The notes under the pieces are model-generated. The model made no database searches. It was not told the origin of the DNA and worked only from the letters and a program-made list of their open reading frames with translations. A DNA stretch of 63,777 nucleotides, filler included, from Rozella allomycis CSF55 (Eukaryota), in the NCBI GenBank assembly GCA_000442015.1. It is 8 parts of 8 records of this genome, joined end to end, with 100 filler letters (N's around TTAATTAATTAA, not from the genome) between each part and the next. Parts side by side here need not be neighbours in the genome. Positions count along the whole stretch, not along the records: positions 45,519 to 55,621 come from KE561026.1; positions 55,722 to 56,763 come from KE561027.1; positions 56,864 to 58,495 come from KE561028.1; positions 58,596 to 62,548 come from KE561030.1; 4 more parts are not named here. The stretch is one strand, 5' to 3'. The position numbers and the translations under genes were made by a program. Positions within the stretch are counted from its first letter, which is position 1, and each line of letters starts with the position of its first letter. Shown in pieces: positions 48,021-60,395 of the stretch.

Positions 48021-50115
48021 TCCGGACTTGCAGGAACTCTTAGCGATAAAAGATTGTTTTCAAGTTTGGAGGCATTATTTGGTAGGAGCTCAAGAAACTA
48101 TACAAGTTCAAACAGATCACAAAAATTTAACAATTTTTATGACTTCGAAAGTGTTGAACAGAAGACAAGCAAGATGGGCAATGTTCTTTTCTGACTTTAA
48201 TTTTGCAATTTCTTACATAACTGGTAAAGAAAACTTTTTGGCCGATGCACTGAGTAGAGTCCCTGAANCTTGATAAATTCGCGCTTCCTGTATCTTCAAA
48301 TTTGATATATCATATTTCGCATTGTCTAATTTGCTACTTTTATCCTTTTGGGCTATAGAATATAAATGATAGAAGGTTTCAATAGGAAAAATTTCTATAC
48401 TTGCACGAACATCTCCGGGCTTGATTCTAGTTATTGTTGGGGATAAATTAGCTCCACCGAATAGTAAACGATATGCTGTCGTTCAAATTTTGTGGCTTAC
48501 CTGGACCNGGCCCCTGAATTGGAAGCAGTCTATGAAGCCGCTCCTAAAGTTCAAAATTCAATTTTAAAACCATCTCAAATAATAGCAGCATCAATCTCAC
48601 CCTATAGGCATACTAAAGACTTTACAACAACCGATAATAATACTCTTATGGAAAATATTAAACCTAAAATTGTATTAGAAAAGATTTATTTCAATATCAA
48701 AAAAGAACCAAAAAAAATTCCAGCGTTTAAAATTCATTGTACAAAANCAAGCTGAGTCTTTAAACAATTTAATCCACGCAACTTGAACGTGGATAATGTT
48801 TGGTAAAATTACAGATTGAAGATGAGAAAAATATTTGTCGCAACATGATTGAGAGATGAAAGATAAGCTTGCACCAGTATCAACTAAAGCTNTGACAGTT
48901 TGCTGGGAGGGCATTTTGGATTCAAAAAGACATATAATTTAGTAAGTCGAGATTTCTTTTGGCCTAATATGAAACACTTTATTTCTGAATATATTAAATC
49001 ATGTCCTATGTGTAAAATGATTAAGAAACCAAAGCATTTAAAGTACGGCTTACTTCAAAGCATTCCCCCTTCTCATAAGCCGTGGACATCTATCTCTTTA
49101 GATTTTATAACTGATTTGCCTTTGAGTGACAAAGCAGATTCCATATGTGTAATTATAGATAGATTAACCAAAATGGCTCATTTCTTACCTTGTTCAAAAT
49201 CTATTACAGCTCATCAGACTGCCGACCTTTTTATGAAAACTATTTTTAAAATACATGGTGTTCCTCAATCTATAATATCAGAGTGTGGTCCCCAATTCAT
49301 CGCTAAATTTTGGAAACGATTTTGGGAACTTCTAAATAGTAAACCAAGTTTATCAACAGCATTTCATCCAGAAACCGATGGTCANATATCTTTAAAAAAC
49401 ATGGGGTTCCTCAATTCATTATATCAGATCGCGGTCCACAATTCATAGCAAAATTTTGGAAACGGTTTTGGGAACTACTAAATTGTAAACCAAGTTTATC
49501 AACAGCATTTCATCCAGAAACCGATGGTCAAACAGAGAGAGTGAATCAAATTTTGGAACAATATTTAAGAGCATATGTAAATAACCAACAAACAAATTGG
49601 AAAGATTTATTGTACTATGCTGATTTACTTATAATAATACAATTCAGGCAACCACACATCTTACTCCATTCTATGCAAATTACGGTTTTCACCCCTCCAT
49701 AGATTTTTTCCCTACATTTAACTCTACTGTTCCTAAAGCTGAATCATTAATATTAAATTTAAGAAACATAAATAGATTTTTAAATGACACTATAAAAGAA
49801 AGTCAGAAACAACAAGCCAAATATGCCAATAACAAACGTTTATTTAAAGAATACAAAGTGGGAGACAAAGTGTTTTTGAAAAGCGACAATTTAATATCCA
49901 CCAGACCATGTAAGAAACTAGATTTTCAATTCATTGGACCGTTTAATATTCTAGAACAGATCAATCAAGTTACTTACAAGTTGAAATTACCATCTGAGTA
50001 CCGTATTCACAATGTTTTCCATGTATCCTTACTAGAACCATTTAATCCTTCTAANCTGAAATATTTCAGCCAATTTATAACAATTAGTAGAGTCAGGATT
50101 AGGAACTTCCTTTGA
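48021..50115 (+). mobile_element. Second Ty3/gypsy (Tf2/chromovirus-like) RNaseH and integrase fragments, with an opposite-strand protease fragment
   Basis: ELLAI...WRHYL...TDHKNL...[55 protein letters not shown] on the minus strand at about 48890. Confidence 0.9.
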
Positions 50116-51035
50116 CCTCTTAATTTGATTGCCCATTTCAAATAGAAAGTTACAGTTAGACGAATCAAGCACAACGTCAATATAGAACAAAGACACTCTA
50201 TGTAAGTGATTTATACGCATTACTTTTGCAATCCAGATCAGAAGTCAATTAAGAAGAAAGTAAACAGAAGTTTCATTACATTTAACGATTTTGGACTTCA
50301 TATTTTTAAGAATATCGCAAAACTATAATATAATCGTNTACCAAGAAACAAATTGGAAAGATTTATTGTACTATGCAGAGTTCACCTATAAGGGTCTGTT
50401 TCATGTTGCTCCGTCTCCGCTTTTACCCTTGCAAAGAAGGGGTCATTTTGGAAATTTCTAATTTTTTTAAGAAATTTGCTCTGCTTTCTAGCGGACCAAA
50501 ATCGTCTCCGCCACGAAAGCAGAGCATGAACGCTTACTCTCCTCTTGCACTTCTCGCAACAATTTCGGGGTGTTATTTTATTATATTGTATTTTAACATT
50601 GCAGATGGTCGTAGTTTTCGAGAAGATAGCGTTTTTCAATATAATTATTAAAATCAAGCCTTTAGAACAGCTTTGCGCAATCCATGCGGTGACGNTTTAT
50701 ATTGTATTTTAACATTGCTGATGGTCGTAGTTTTTGAACAGACAGCTTTTTTCAATATACTTATTCAAATCAAGCCTTTAGAACAGCTTTGCGCAATCCA
50801 GGCGGTGACGGGTATTTTCGACGTCACTTTCGATGTTCCAAAGCAACTTTTTTAAAGATTTTACAAATTGTGAAAGGAACAAAGTATTATCCATCCCGTT
50901 TTAGAAGTGAAATGATTGCGTTACGTCTTGCTGTTTGTCTAGCATATTTAGCTTCAAATAGAGGGGAAAAAGATATTGTTGCAATGTTTGGAATATCAAA
51001 ATATACTACACATCGCTACATTCATCAAATTCTGN

Positions 51036-51426
51036 CCAAATTCATTGATTATCCTATTTTAGTTAACACAGAAAATTTACTACAACCTGAAACTTTTATA
51101 GATTCTAAATTTATTAATGATAGATTACATTACCTAATTCAGTGGAAAAATCAACCACCATCAGAAAGAAGTTGGGACAATGTTGATACTTTAAAGAATT
51201 TTACATCACGCATTGACAACTACCATAAATCCAAAAGAAATCCTAGAAGAGGGGGTAATGTAAGGATACCCTTACATAAGCATGTAGCTCTTAGATTTCC
51301 TGATCATCGATAATCGATTGAAGCTTAAGAAAACAATATAAATAAATTCACTGAATACAAGACCCCAGTCTTGTTAATTCAGACTTTTAAATTAGTTTCT
51401 AATTTAATTGATAAGTTTTTCTTACA
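51036..51426 (+). mobile_element. Chromovirus 3' end: chromodomain, PPT and 168-bp LTR (family B, 51259-51426)
   Basis: PETFIDSK...YLIQWKNQPPSERSW; AGAAGAGGGGGTAA then TGTAAG...CTTACA termini. Confidence 0.85.
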
Positions 51427-52080
51427 GCGAGTGAACGCAAACCCTTGACTGGCGTGCAATTTGCAAACCCGGAGCTATTGAAACATATGCGATCTATGAG
51501 GCCAACCCTAGAAACAAACTTTTTTAGTTAAGCGCAAGTATGAGGTATCGGTNATCAGCTAGAGAAGTTGGTACTTGCTGTACCGGAACTTCAAGTGAGA
51601 AACTAGTTTTAGACAGGTTGTCCTCCATGTTTGTTTACGATACCCTGGTTAATATCACTAGGGCAATAAGAGATCTGGAAATTTAGTAATNTAGCCTTTG
51701 GTAGTTTTGCTATTGCCATAACTGTACCTGGGTCAACATTTTTAATTTTCATTATGTTTTGATATTGTGTAGCTATATCAAAACGGTGGATTGTTTTTAT
51801 TATCGCCCGTAAAGGCATGTCAATAGGTTCTCGGTTATGATACGGTAACCGAAATGTGCCTAGTGTCGCTCCATNATGGAATGCGTAAATAGACAAAATT
51901 CTGTTTATTAGTCTATGCGCGTGAAGCGAGTACAAAGCCTAACTATGGTCGATAGCGTACCAACCCGGGGCCTTATATGCTAGCTATGCTAGCTAGCGTG
52001 CGAACCCGGATATTTCAAGTCTATTAATGTGGGAGAAGCGATGAAAACCGTTAGACAAAATGTTTTTTGTTAAGCGCAAG

Positions 52081-52418
52081 TGTCGCTCCATGCGCCTATA
52101 GTATCTTAATCCTCGTAAATTGGATAGTAAATCGTAAGATAAAAAGTAAAAACCGATGTCGATTGAGAATGGATTATCCTCCGTTCTATTTATTGATATC
52201 TCCTTAGAGTTTTATATGTGGGTCTTTTCTATAAATAGTATCCCTTTCTATAATTAGTATCAGAATAGAGATCCGTCAGGATTAAGAGATCCTTTGAGAG
52301 TTATNCGTCAATAATAAGAGATCCTTTGAGAGTTATGACTCCTCTCTTTGATAATTATTCTAAGGAAGGTGGGATGAGAATCCCTCTATGCAATGGGATG
52401 AGAATCCCTGGTACGACA
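52081..52418 (-). mobile_element. Solo LTR (family A) with 5-bp TSD GCAAG
   Basis: GCAAG|TGTCGC...TACGACA|GCAAG; homologous to 44560-44837. Confidence 0.9.
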
Positions 52419-55209
52419 GCAAGTATGAAGTACAGACCGACGATGCTTATCATCTTTAGGTTTTATCAATGGAAGAAATATGACGTTTTAATGCGAGCGA
52501 AGCGAGTACAATCGCTAGTCAATAAAAAGAGTTGATATATAAAAAATATGACTTTTATCTCATTNAAATGTCGCAGGCGCAGTGGATGGGAGCTTTATTG
52601 AAATTGAGAGACCTACCCCACCAGATGGATGGTATTGTAGAAAAAACGTTCCTGGTTTTAATGTCATGGCTTTTTGCGACCCCGAAAAATACTTCTATTC
52701 AATATCCATTCGATCAGGGAGTCACAATGATCAGTCCGTATGGAATCGAAGTCAGTTTGGTCAATTGGCNGAATGTCGTAGGCGCAGTGGATGGGAGCTT
52801 AATTGAAATTGAGAGACCTACCCCGCCAGATGGATGGTATTGTAGAAAAAACTTTCCTGCTTTTAATGTCATGACTGTTTGCGACTTAAAAAATACTTCT
52901 ATTCAATATCGATTCGATCAGGGAGTTACAATGATCAGTCCGTATGGAATCGAAGTCAGTTTGGTCAATTGGCCCCAACCGTAATACCACGTGGATATCA
53001 TATTCTTGGTGATTCTGGATACGCTCTTAAAACATACTTACTTACTCCATTTGATCAAGATCATGCTACCCCGGAACAAAAAAATTATAACTATATCCAC
53101 TCAGCCACTAGAAATGTCATTGAGCGGGCTTTGGGAGACTTGAAAAGTCGGTGGCGTTTTCTGCGTCGTCCATCGGATCTGAAAAGCATCGAGTGCAATG
53201 TCAGCATTGTGCAAGCTTGTTTTGTGTTACATAATCTTTGTATCAAATTTGGAGACAGGACAGTGCTTGATGATATACTAGAACATGAAGCAGAAGTTGA
53301 TGAATATGCATTGGACAACATATACCACGATGATGATTCATTTGCCAAAGCAAAAAGAGATTACATATCCCATATGTAATAAAACAAATTTAAAAACATT
53401 TTCAATTTTGTTTATTAAAAATTTCTTTTAATGTTTCACATAGTTGANTGGAGACTTGAAAAATCGGTGGCGTATTCTGCGTCGTCCATTGGATCTGAAA
53501 AGCATCGAGTGCAATGTCAGCATTGTGCAAGCTTGTTTTGTGTTACATAATCTTTGTATCAAATTTGGAGACAGGACAGTGCTTGATGATATACTAGAAC
53601 ATGAAGCAGAAGTTGATGAATACGCATTGGACAACATATACCACGATGATGATTTATTTGCCAAAGCAAAAAGAGATTACATATCCCATATGCTAATTAA
53701 TGAATAAAACAAATTTAAAAAAAATTTTCAATTTTGTTTATTAAAAATTTCTTTTAATGTTTCACATNTGGAGTTCCTTACGATATATCGGTTGCCTATG
53801 CTAGCGGATCTCCTACAAAGAGAAGAGTTGAGACCTAAAAGGAAGCTCCCGGTAATCCAGCCAAGACGAAAGTCACCACTACTGATTCTTGTGAATTTCA
53901 TAAGAACAATCCTAGAATTAGACACAATACCGATGACTGTAGAGCTCGCCAGAGCAGAGCAGGAAACAACTCGGGACAATCGGAGGAAAAGAAAGAGGCC
54001 AGAAAGGTTTTCATCAAGAAACTCTGTGATANTTCTGCTATCGAACTCAATCCCGTTTGAAATGAATCTGCCAAAATTTCTGGACCGGCTTTTTTTCTTT
54101 TTTTTGGAGTGCTCATCAATTCAAAGTCAGCTTCAGATTCGAAAATTTCAGATTTGGGAATCGTAATACCAGCTGCACTATCAGCCAGAATGGCCCCGCC
54201 AACTCCAGGTCTTGACTGGTAACAACTATTAAGTTTGTCCCTGTATGGAGGTAGACAAGGATCAATCATGTTTCCCGTGTGATTCACATCATTTTTCTTT
54301 TCTCTATACTCCTTTTGTAACTTGCCAAGTTTATCTTGAAGTCTTTTTGGAGAAGCTTTTTTCGTGTTATTCAAAAATTATGTTTTTACCTTCCTTTTAT
54401 CGCAAAAAGCTAACGCTTGTGTGTTGTATGTTTGACGGGTGTCAAAATGGCTTTTTGCGTTATTAAATTTGCCAAGAATAAATTCATNTTTATCGAAAAA
54501 AGCTAACGCTAGTGTGTTGTATGCTTGACTGGTGTCAAAATGCTTTTTTGCGTTATTAAATTTGCCAAGAATAAATTCATCTTCGTATCAAAGCTCCAAA
54601 AGAAGAGTTACTAACTCGGATGTCCATGAAATTCTTGTTTGGTCATCAGAAATTTCCTTTTTAACCCTTTGTGAGTCCTCTAACTTAAGTTTTTTAGGAG
54701 GCATAAAAAGTTGTTTTTTTCTAAGCCACAAGGAAAGGCAGAGCAGAGACAAAACTAGGATGAAACAGAGTTTTTTTAATTGGAATTACAAATTCAAAAG
54801 CAGAGGCGTAGACGGAGCAACATGAAACAGACCCGAATTACTAATATGGGTCGGAGTTATAATTAAAATAATCCGTTATCATGCCATTCATTCATGTCAA
54901 TTCTAAACTAAGTTTCTTTCGATTTTACTCATTTAGAACTATAAAGGTGAGACTCATTACGATAATAGGAGCCCCAAGTTATATACTTAATATACATAAT
55001 AATTAATATGATATTTCCTTTCTACCAATCAAATTCTATTCAAAAATTATGAAGTATTAATAATGAAAATGCAAAGACCATAGGCTATATAGTTTTACTA
55101 GTGTAAATTATAACGTAAAGTATCATGAAGCTAACATGATATAGACATGTATAGAAAAATAGAAACCTATAAATTTGTGCACCTCATTGCCTAAGCCGCT
55201 TACGAATAC

Positions 55210-55621
55210 ATGTCCTTGCCATTTTGTAACGTTTGTGCCATCTCATCTTCACAAAATATATATATATTTCAAATGCAAAAATTATACAGGTTGTCAATAA
55301 AAATTTTGAATCAGATGTCTCTATCTTCTTTTTTAGGAGTTATTGACTGGACCCGAAATCGGAAATATATTGTTTTTTCATTCAACGACGTGGACAAATA
55401 TAAGAAATTAATAAACTTGGAGTCCATAAAGAGAGACTCATACGTTGATATTACTCTGTCGAAAACGACGTACCGTGTGTATTTTACTAACCTTCACGGC
55501 CAATTTTTAAATGTAAGTAGATTCCAAAGTACTGAAGTATTATGGCTACGATATCAGGATCAGGATGAAAATATCATATCATACTTGGAGAAGATTTGTG
55601 AAAATGGGGGTTACTTAATTG
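55210..55621 (+). CDS. Hypothetical protein fragment
   Basis: ORF running into the gap; no motif recognised. Confidence 0.3.
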
Positions 55622-55721
55622 NNNNNNNNNNNNNNNNNNNNNNNNNNNNNNNNNNNNNNNNNNNNTTAATTAATTAANNNNNNNNNNNNNNNNNNNNNNN
55701 NNNNNNNNNNNNNNNNNNNNN

Positions 55722-56763
55722 AAGGATCAAAAGCTTGAACATTAGCCACATCCAAAGTCACAAAGTGTTCCGAGGAAAGATATTTGAATCCCACTTGGTT
55801 GAATTCTTCATCTGTCACTTTAAATACGAATTTTTCAGAACAAAGATCGGAAGATCCAACTTTAATTTCCTTTCCAGTTTCAGCAGACTTTAATAACCAA
55901 TCAACCACTAATGGTTTAGAATAATCAATGCATTTCGACTTCAATTCTATTGGGGTCCCAACTAAATATTTATTTGGATCTGGCAAGTCACTAAACTTTA
56001 CAAACCAATCAACTTTGACTTTGGAATAATGAAACAATCGTGGAATAGACAATACAGACCTCATCCCAGTAGCAACTTTAAATGGCTTTGGATTATTAAA
56101 TGCACCCTTAAATTTAACTTGAAAATCTTCAATCAAATATTCTTCAAATGGGACAATAGTTTTTGCTCCTTCCAGTGAAAAATTCCTATTTTTAAAGTAT
56201 TTCTGGATCTTTTTCGAAATAAATAAGGACGGCCCTTTTTGTTCANTTCCTATTTTTAAAGTATTTCTGGATCTTTTTCGAAATAAATAAGGACGGCCCT
56301 TTTTGTTCAAATAGACCTTGATACATTGGGACAACATAAACCATAACACAGGTGGAAGTGCAAATGTTTAAATGGACAACCTTGTCTAAACTTGGTAGAG
56401 TGCAAGGATTTCTTTTGGAAAAGTTTTTACATATTGGTGTTGACCCAATGGACAATGTTACCTTCTGTTCTACAAGAGGCACAATAATGTCATTTTCAAA
56501 CAAAGCAAAGTCTTCAAAATATTTAATTTTTGCACCATTCTTAATTCCAATAACGTAAGAAGTAGTAGGTGCATATTCTTGATCTTTATTTCCCAAGAAA
56601 ATTTCTCCGTTTACATTGCCATACATAACATAAAAGGACGTCATGAAGCCAGTTTTATCCTTGAATTCAAATTTACTTAAAGGGACGTTTTCTTTGACCG
56701 TTATCTTTGACTTAGTTTCTCCACTATTAAAATTGTATTCTTGTATCTTCTTTCCATCTTTAT
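55722..56763 (-). CDS. Hypothetical protein, internal fragment (beta-rich)
   Basis: Coding-like open frame across the contig, broken only by the 'n' overlap at about 56246. Confidence 0.55.
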
Positions 56764-57014
56764 NNNNNNNNNNNNNNNNNNNNNNNNNNNNNNNNNNNNN
56801 NNNNNNNTTAATTAATTAANNNNNNNNNNNNNNNNNNNNNNNNNNNNNNNNNNNNNNNNNNNNACGCACCTTCCACGGTCCCAAGTTCACTCGAGGATCC
56901 TGTATCTATCGATTCCGTAATCGCTAGTCTGTTAGCTAAATGGCACGCTGCAAAACGTACGCCAAAAGCCTTTGAAACCCTTGAGCAAGAAACGTTCCAC
57001 AAGTTTAAAGATNT

Positions 57015-58495
57015 TTGAATGAAAATGACAAGACCGCGGAGGAAGTCCCTAAACCAATTGACAATGAAGTTAACGCATCCACTGAAAAGGATCTTTTATT
57101 GAAAATTATTGAAGACTTAAGAAACGAAAACAAGGCTTATCAAGCTATGACTCAAGAATTGACCAAGAAAGTTGAAATGCTTACTGAACAAATTCGTATT
57201 CTTGCCTCGAAGGATAATGTTGCTCCACCTGTGAATGCTACTCCAGCCGTTGAAGTTTCTCCAGCTGATGTTGCTCCAAGAAATGCCACTGAAGCCAATC
57301 CGGCTGTAAATGAACCTGCTGAAAAGCCAAAGTCCTTCGCCGTCGCGCTGCCAAAAAATGCGAAACCAAAGAAGACTATTTCAAAAAAACTGGTATGATC
57401 AGCACAAAACCTTGGAAAGCCCCGTGGCCCACCAGCATATCATATCACTAACCATAATTCTAGAGCCGTAAGGCAATATCGATCTGAAAAGAAGCTACTC
57501 TTCCTTAAAGAAAATAAGCTCCAGTAATATGTTGCGACCACCTCTTTTGTGGGCAATTCTGTTCTGGAAGTTTACGTGGTTAACCATCATGCACTTTCAT
57601 TCGAAGAAAAATGTAAAGAGAAAGAATTNTGATCAGCACAAAACCTTGGAAAGCCCCGTGGCCCACCAGCATATCATATCACTAACCATAATTCTAGAGC
57701 CGTAAGGCAATATCGATCTGAAAAGAAGTTGGGCAAGTTGGCCAGACTCTTCCTTAAAGAAAATGAAATCCAAGAATACGTTGCAACTACTTCCTTTGTG
57801 GGTAATTCTGTTTTGGAAGTTTATGTTGTTAACCATCATGCACTTTCATTCGAAGAAAAATGTAAAGAGAAAGAATTAGAATGTAAGGACCGACCTGATC
57901 TTCTTGAAATTCCTTCCTATGCTAAGGTCTTAAACATTGAAACCCAGGTATTTCAACGCTTGGCGTTCTTGTATCGCCAAGCGTTGACTTGTTGATAAAA
58001 GAAGATGAGGCTAAGCGATGGATCTTTTTCAATATCAGAATCTGAAAATCTTGGCTCTCTACCTTGAGCCATCTGCTAACGACTCTATACTTGAAGATCT
58101 CCTGGACATGCTTGAAACCGAAACGGACAACTATAATGATCCCTTTATCCTTATTGGGGATATAAACGCAAGAAATCAGCTTTTAACAGGGGACAATTCA
58201 ACAAACAGACGCGGGATCCTTCTTGAGAAACTTTTGGAAGAGCATAACTTGACAAACATTCATTCAGAAAAGCCCCAGTTCACAACTCGATCCGCTGCTG
58301 CAAAAGGGATCACTGACTATTTTATAGTTAGTGATAGCCTTGTCCAGCACGTTTCATCCTTCAGCGTTATCGAAGAAATATCTCTTGGAGGGTCAGACCA
58401 TAGACCAATGACGCTTTGTCTTGATATCCGGAACAATAGTGAAAAATTCAAATCTTTTAACCGACTGAATATAAGAAAATTTGTGAATAAAGAAA
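57015..58495 (+). mobile_element. Non-LTR retrotransposon fragments: ORF1-like region and APE (EEP) endonuclease
   Basis: Coiled-coil/Pro-rich ORF1-like segment; LALYLEPS, LIGDINAR, N.RG..L, TDYFIVS, SDHRP. Confidence 0.8.
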
Positions 58496-58595
58496 NNNNN
58501 NNNNNNNNNNNNNNNNNNNNNNNNNNNNNNNNNNNNNNNTTAATTAATTAANNNNNNNNNNNNNNNNNNNNNNNNNNNNNNNNNNNNNNNNNNNN

Positions 58596-59421
58596 GATTC
58601 TTCCATTTCACCAAGTATTCATCCTTATTGTTATTTATTCTCCGGTGTTGTAGGATCTTTTCAACTTCATGTGCAGAAGTATCAATGTTCGAGATTATCC
58701 CCGTAAACGGTTTTAAGACATGAGGAGGTCTTGTATATAAAATGCCATCTGGTCCTAGTAAGATGTATGCTCCTCCTTTTTTCGTCTTACAATCTTGAAT
58801 GGCCCTGTATAGTAGGGTTCTGATTTCTTNGGTATCTTTGAATCGGTCTGTTATAATGGAAGTCTTCTCCTTGAACGCACTCGTTATGGGCGTCATCTAG
58901 ATTCTTCCATTTCACCAAGTATTCATCCTTATTGTTATTTATTCTCCGGTGTTGTAGGATCTTTTCAACTTCATGTGCAGAAGTATCAATGTTCGAGATT
59001 ATCCCCGTAAACGGTTTTAAGACATGAGGAGGTCTTGTATATAAAATGCCATCTGGTCCTAGTAAGATGTATGCTCCTCCTTTTTTCGTCTTACAATCTT
59101 GAATGGCCCTGTATAGTAGGGTTCTGATTTCTTAGACCTAAGGTCATCTTTAATCATGACGAATGCTCCTGGTTGAAACCATCTGATTCGATTGTTTCTT
59201 AAAAATCTACCTCCTTCCAGATACGCCTTGTTTCTGGCTATTCTGTTGACTTCGGAGTTCGGGGTATTTTGCACCAGCGTCTGATAACGTCCCAGATCTG
59301 TCCCTGTCATATTCATTGACTCCACTGCAAAATTGCTTACTCCTTGTCTTTTTAATTGTCCTCTACTTCTAGATAAGTAGTTGGATCTATAGCTAGTGAT
59401 CTCCATCACTGATGCCATCAA
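58596..59421 (-). mobile_element. Gypsy integrase C-terminus (GPF/Y) and chromodomain, duplicated
   Basis: FQPGAFVMIK...EPYYTGPFKI; HEVEKILQHR...EYLVKWKN. About 58596-58829 is repeated at about 58900-59130. Confidence 0.82.
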
Positions 59422-59799
59422 AGTACCATTCGTACGCGAAAATGCAAATTAAAATTACAGCCAACAGTCTATAATATACTTAAATAATAAACCATGGTTT
59501 AAAAATGATTAAATATCGTAAAACAGCACCAATATTCCAAGTTGTTCGCTATAAAAGTGTTATGCAATGTCGCCGTCCCATTTTGCAGATTTCGGAAATG
59601 GGACGGTGGGCAACGATATTAGGGGGTTGTTAACAAGTCCTTCGTCTTTANTTTAATTGACCTCTACTTCAAGATAAGTAGTTGGATCTATAGCTAGTAA
59701 TTTCCATCACTGATGCCATCAAAGTACCATTCGTACGCGAAAATGCATACAGNCAATCGAAACCAAAAACTCAAACGCAATTCTTAAAAAAATTGGACG

Positions 59800-60065
59800 T
59801 TGAGTGTCTTAATCCTCATAAATTGGATAGTGATCACTGATTTAAACGATAAAGTAGTAGAACTGATGTCGATTGAGAATGGATTATCCTCCGTTCTATT
59901 TATTGAATATCTCCTTGGAGTTTTATATGGTTGGTTCATTCAATTAATAGTATCAGTAAATAGTATTAGAATTGAGATCTATCAGGATTAAGAGATCCTT
60001 TGAGAATTATGACTCCTCTCTTGAAAAATATTCTAAGAAGTGGGATGGGAATCCCTGGTACGACA
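59800..60065 (-). mobile_element. Partial LTR family A copy
   Basis: Shares TCTTAATCCTC...GATGTCGATTGAGAATGGATTATCCTCCGTTCTATTTATTGA...CCCTGGTACGACA with 52081-52418. Confidence 0.85.
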
Positions 60066-60395
60066 CTTCCTGTTCATGATTGCATCCAGATTCTGTAACA
60101 TCTAAAATGAAATTAAGACTTAAGTTTGTTTTAAAACATTTTTAGTTTCCTTTTAATGTATCTTTCCCTTGAGTACTACAGATTTCCGTGTTCAGGTTTA
60201 CACATGAACCAGACTTGATAAGATATCTTACGATGATTATAACTGAGTACAAGGCAGCTTATATCACAATTCCTTTACTGCATTAGGAGAATGTCAAAAT
60301 ATGCGCCTATTTTCATTTTCAAGGAAATTGGGCGTTGTCTAAAAAAGATAAAAGATACAAAACATTCAATAAAGATTCAAATCGAAAGCAATTTA

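Larger units (their letters stand above)
50392..54834 (+). mobile_element. PIF/Harbinger DNA transposon (collapsed copies) with both TIRs, DDE transposase (+) and convergent second ORF (-)
   Basis: 25-bp perfect TIR GGGTCTGTTTCATGTTGCTCCGTCT at 50392 and inverted, ending at 54834; TAA on the left. FRRHFRCSKATF, GAVDGSLI, GSYND, ILGDSGY, RNVIERALGDLKSRWR, ACFVLHN. Minus-strand ORF2 at about 53898-54700 is probably the Myb/SANT-like partner. Confidence 0.9.

Noticed and set aside
50789..51313. Apparent Harbinger transposase-chromodomain fusion ORF
   Set aside because: The fusion point is the 'n' at 51035; the halves belong to different elements.
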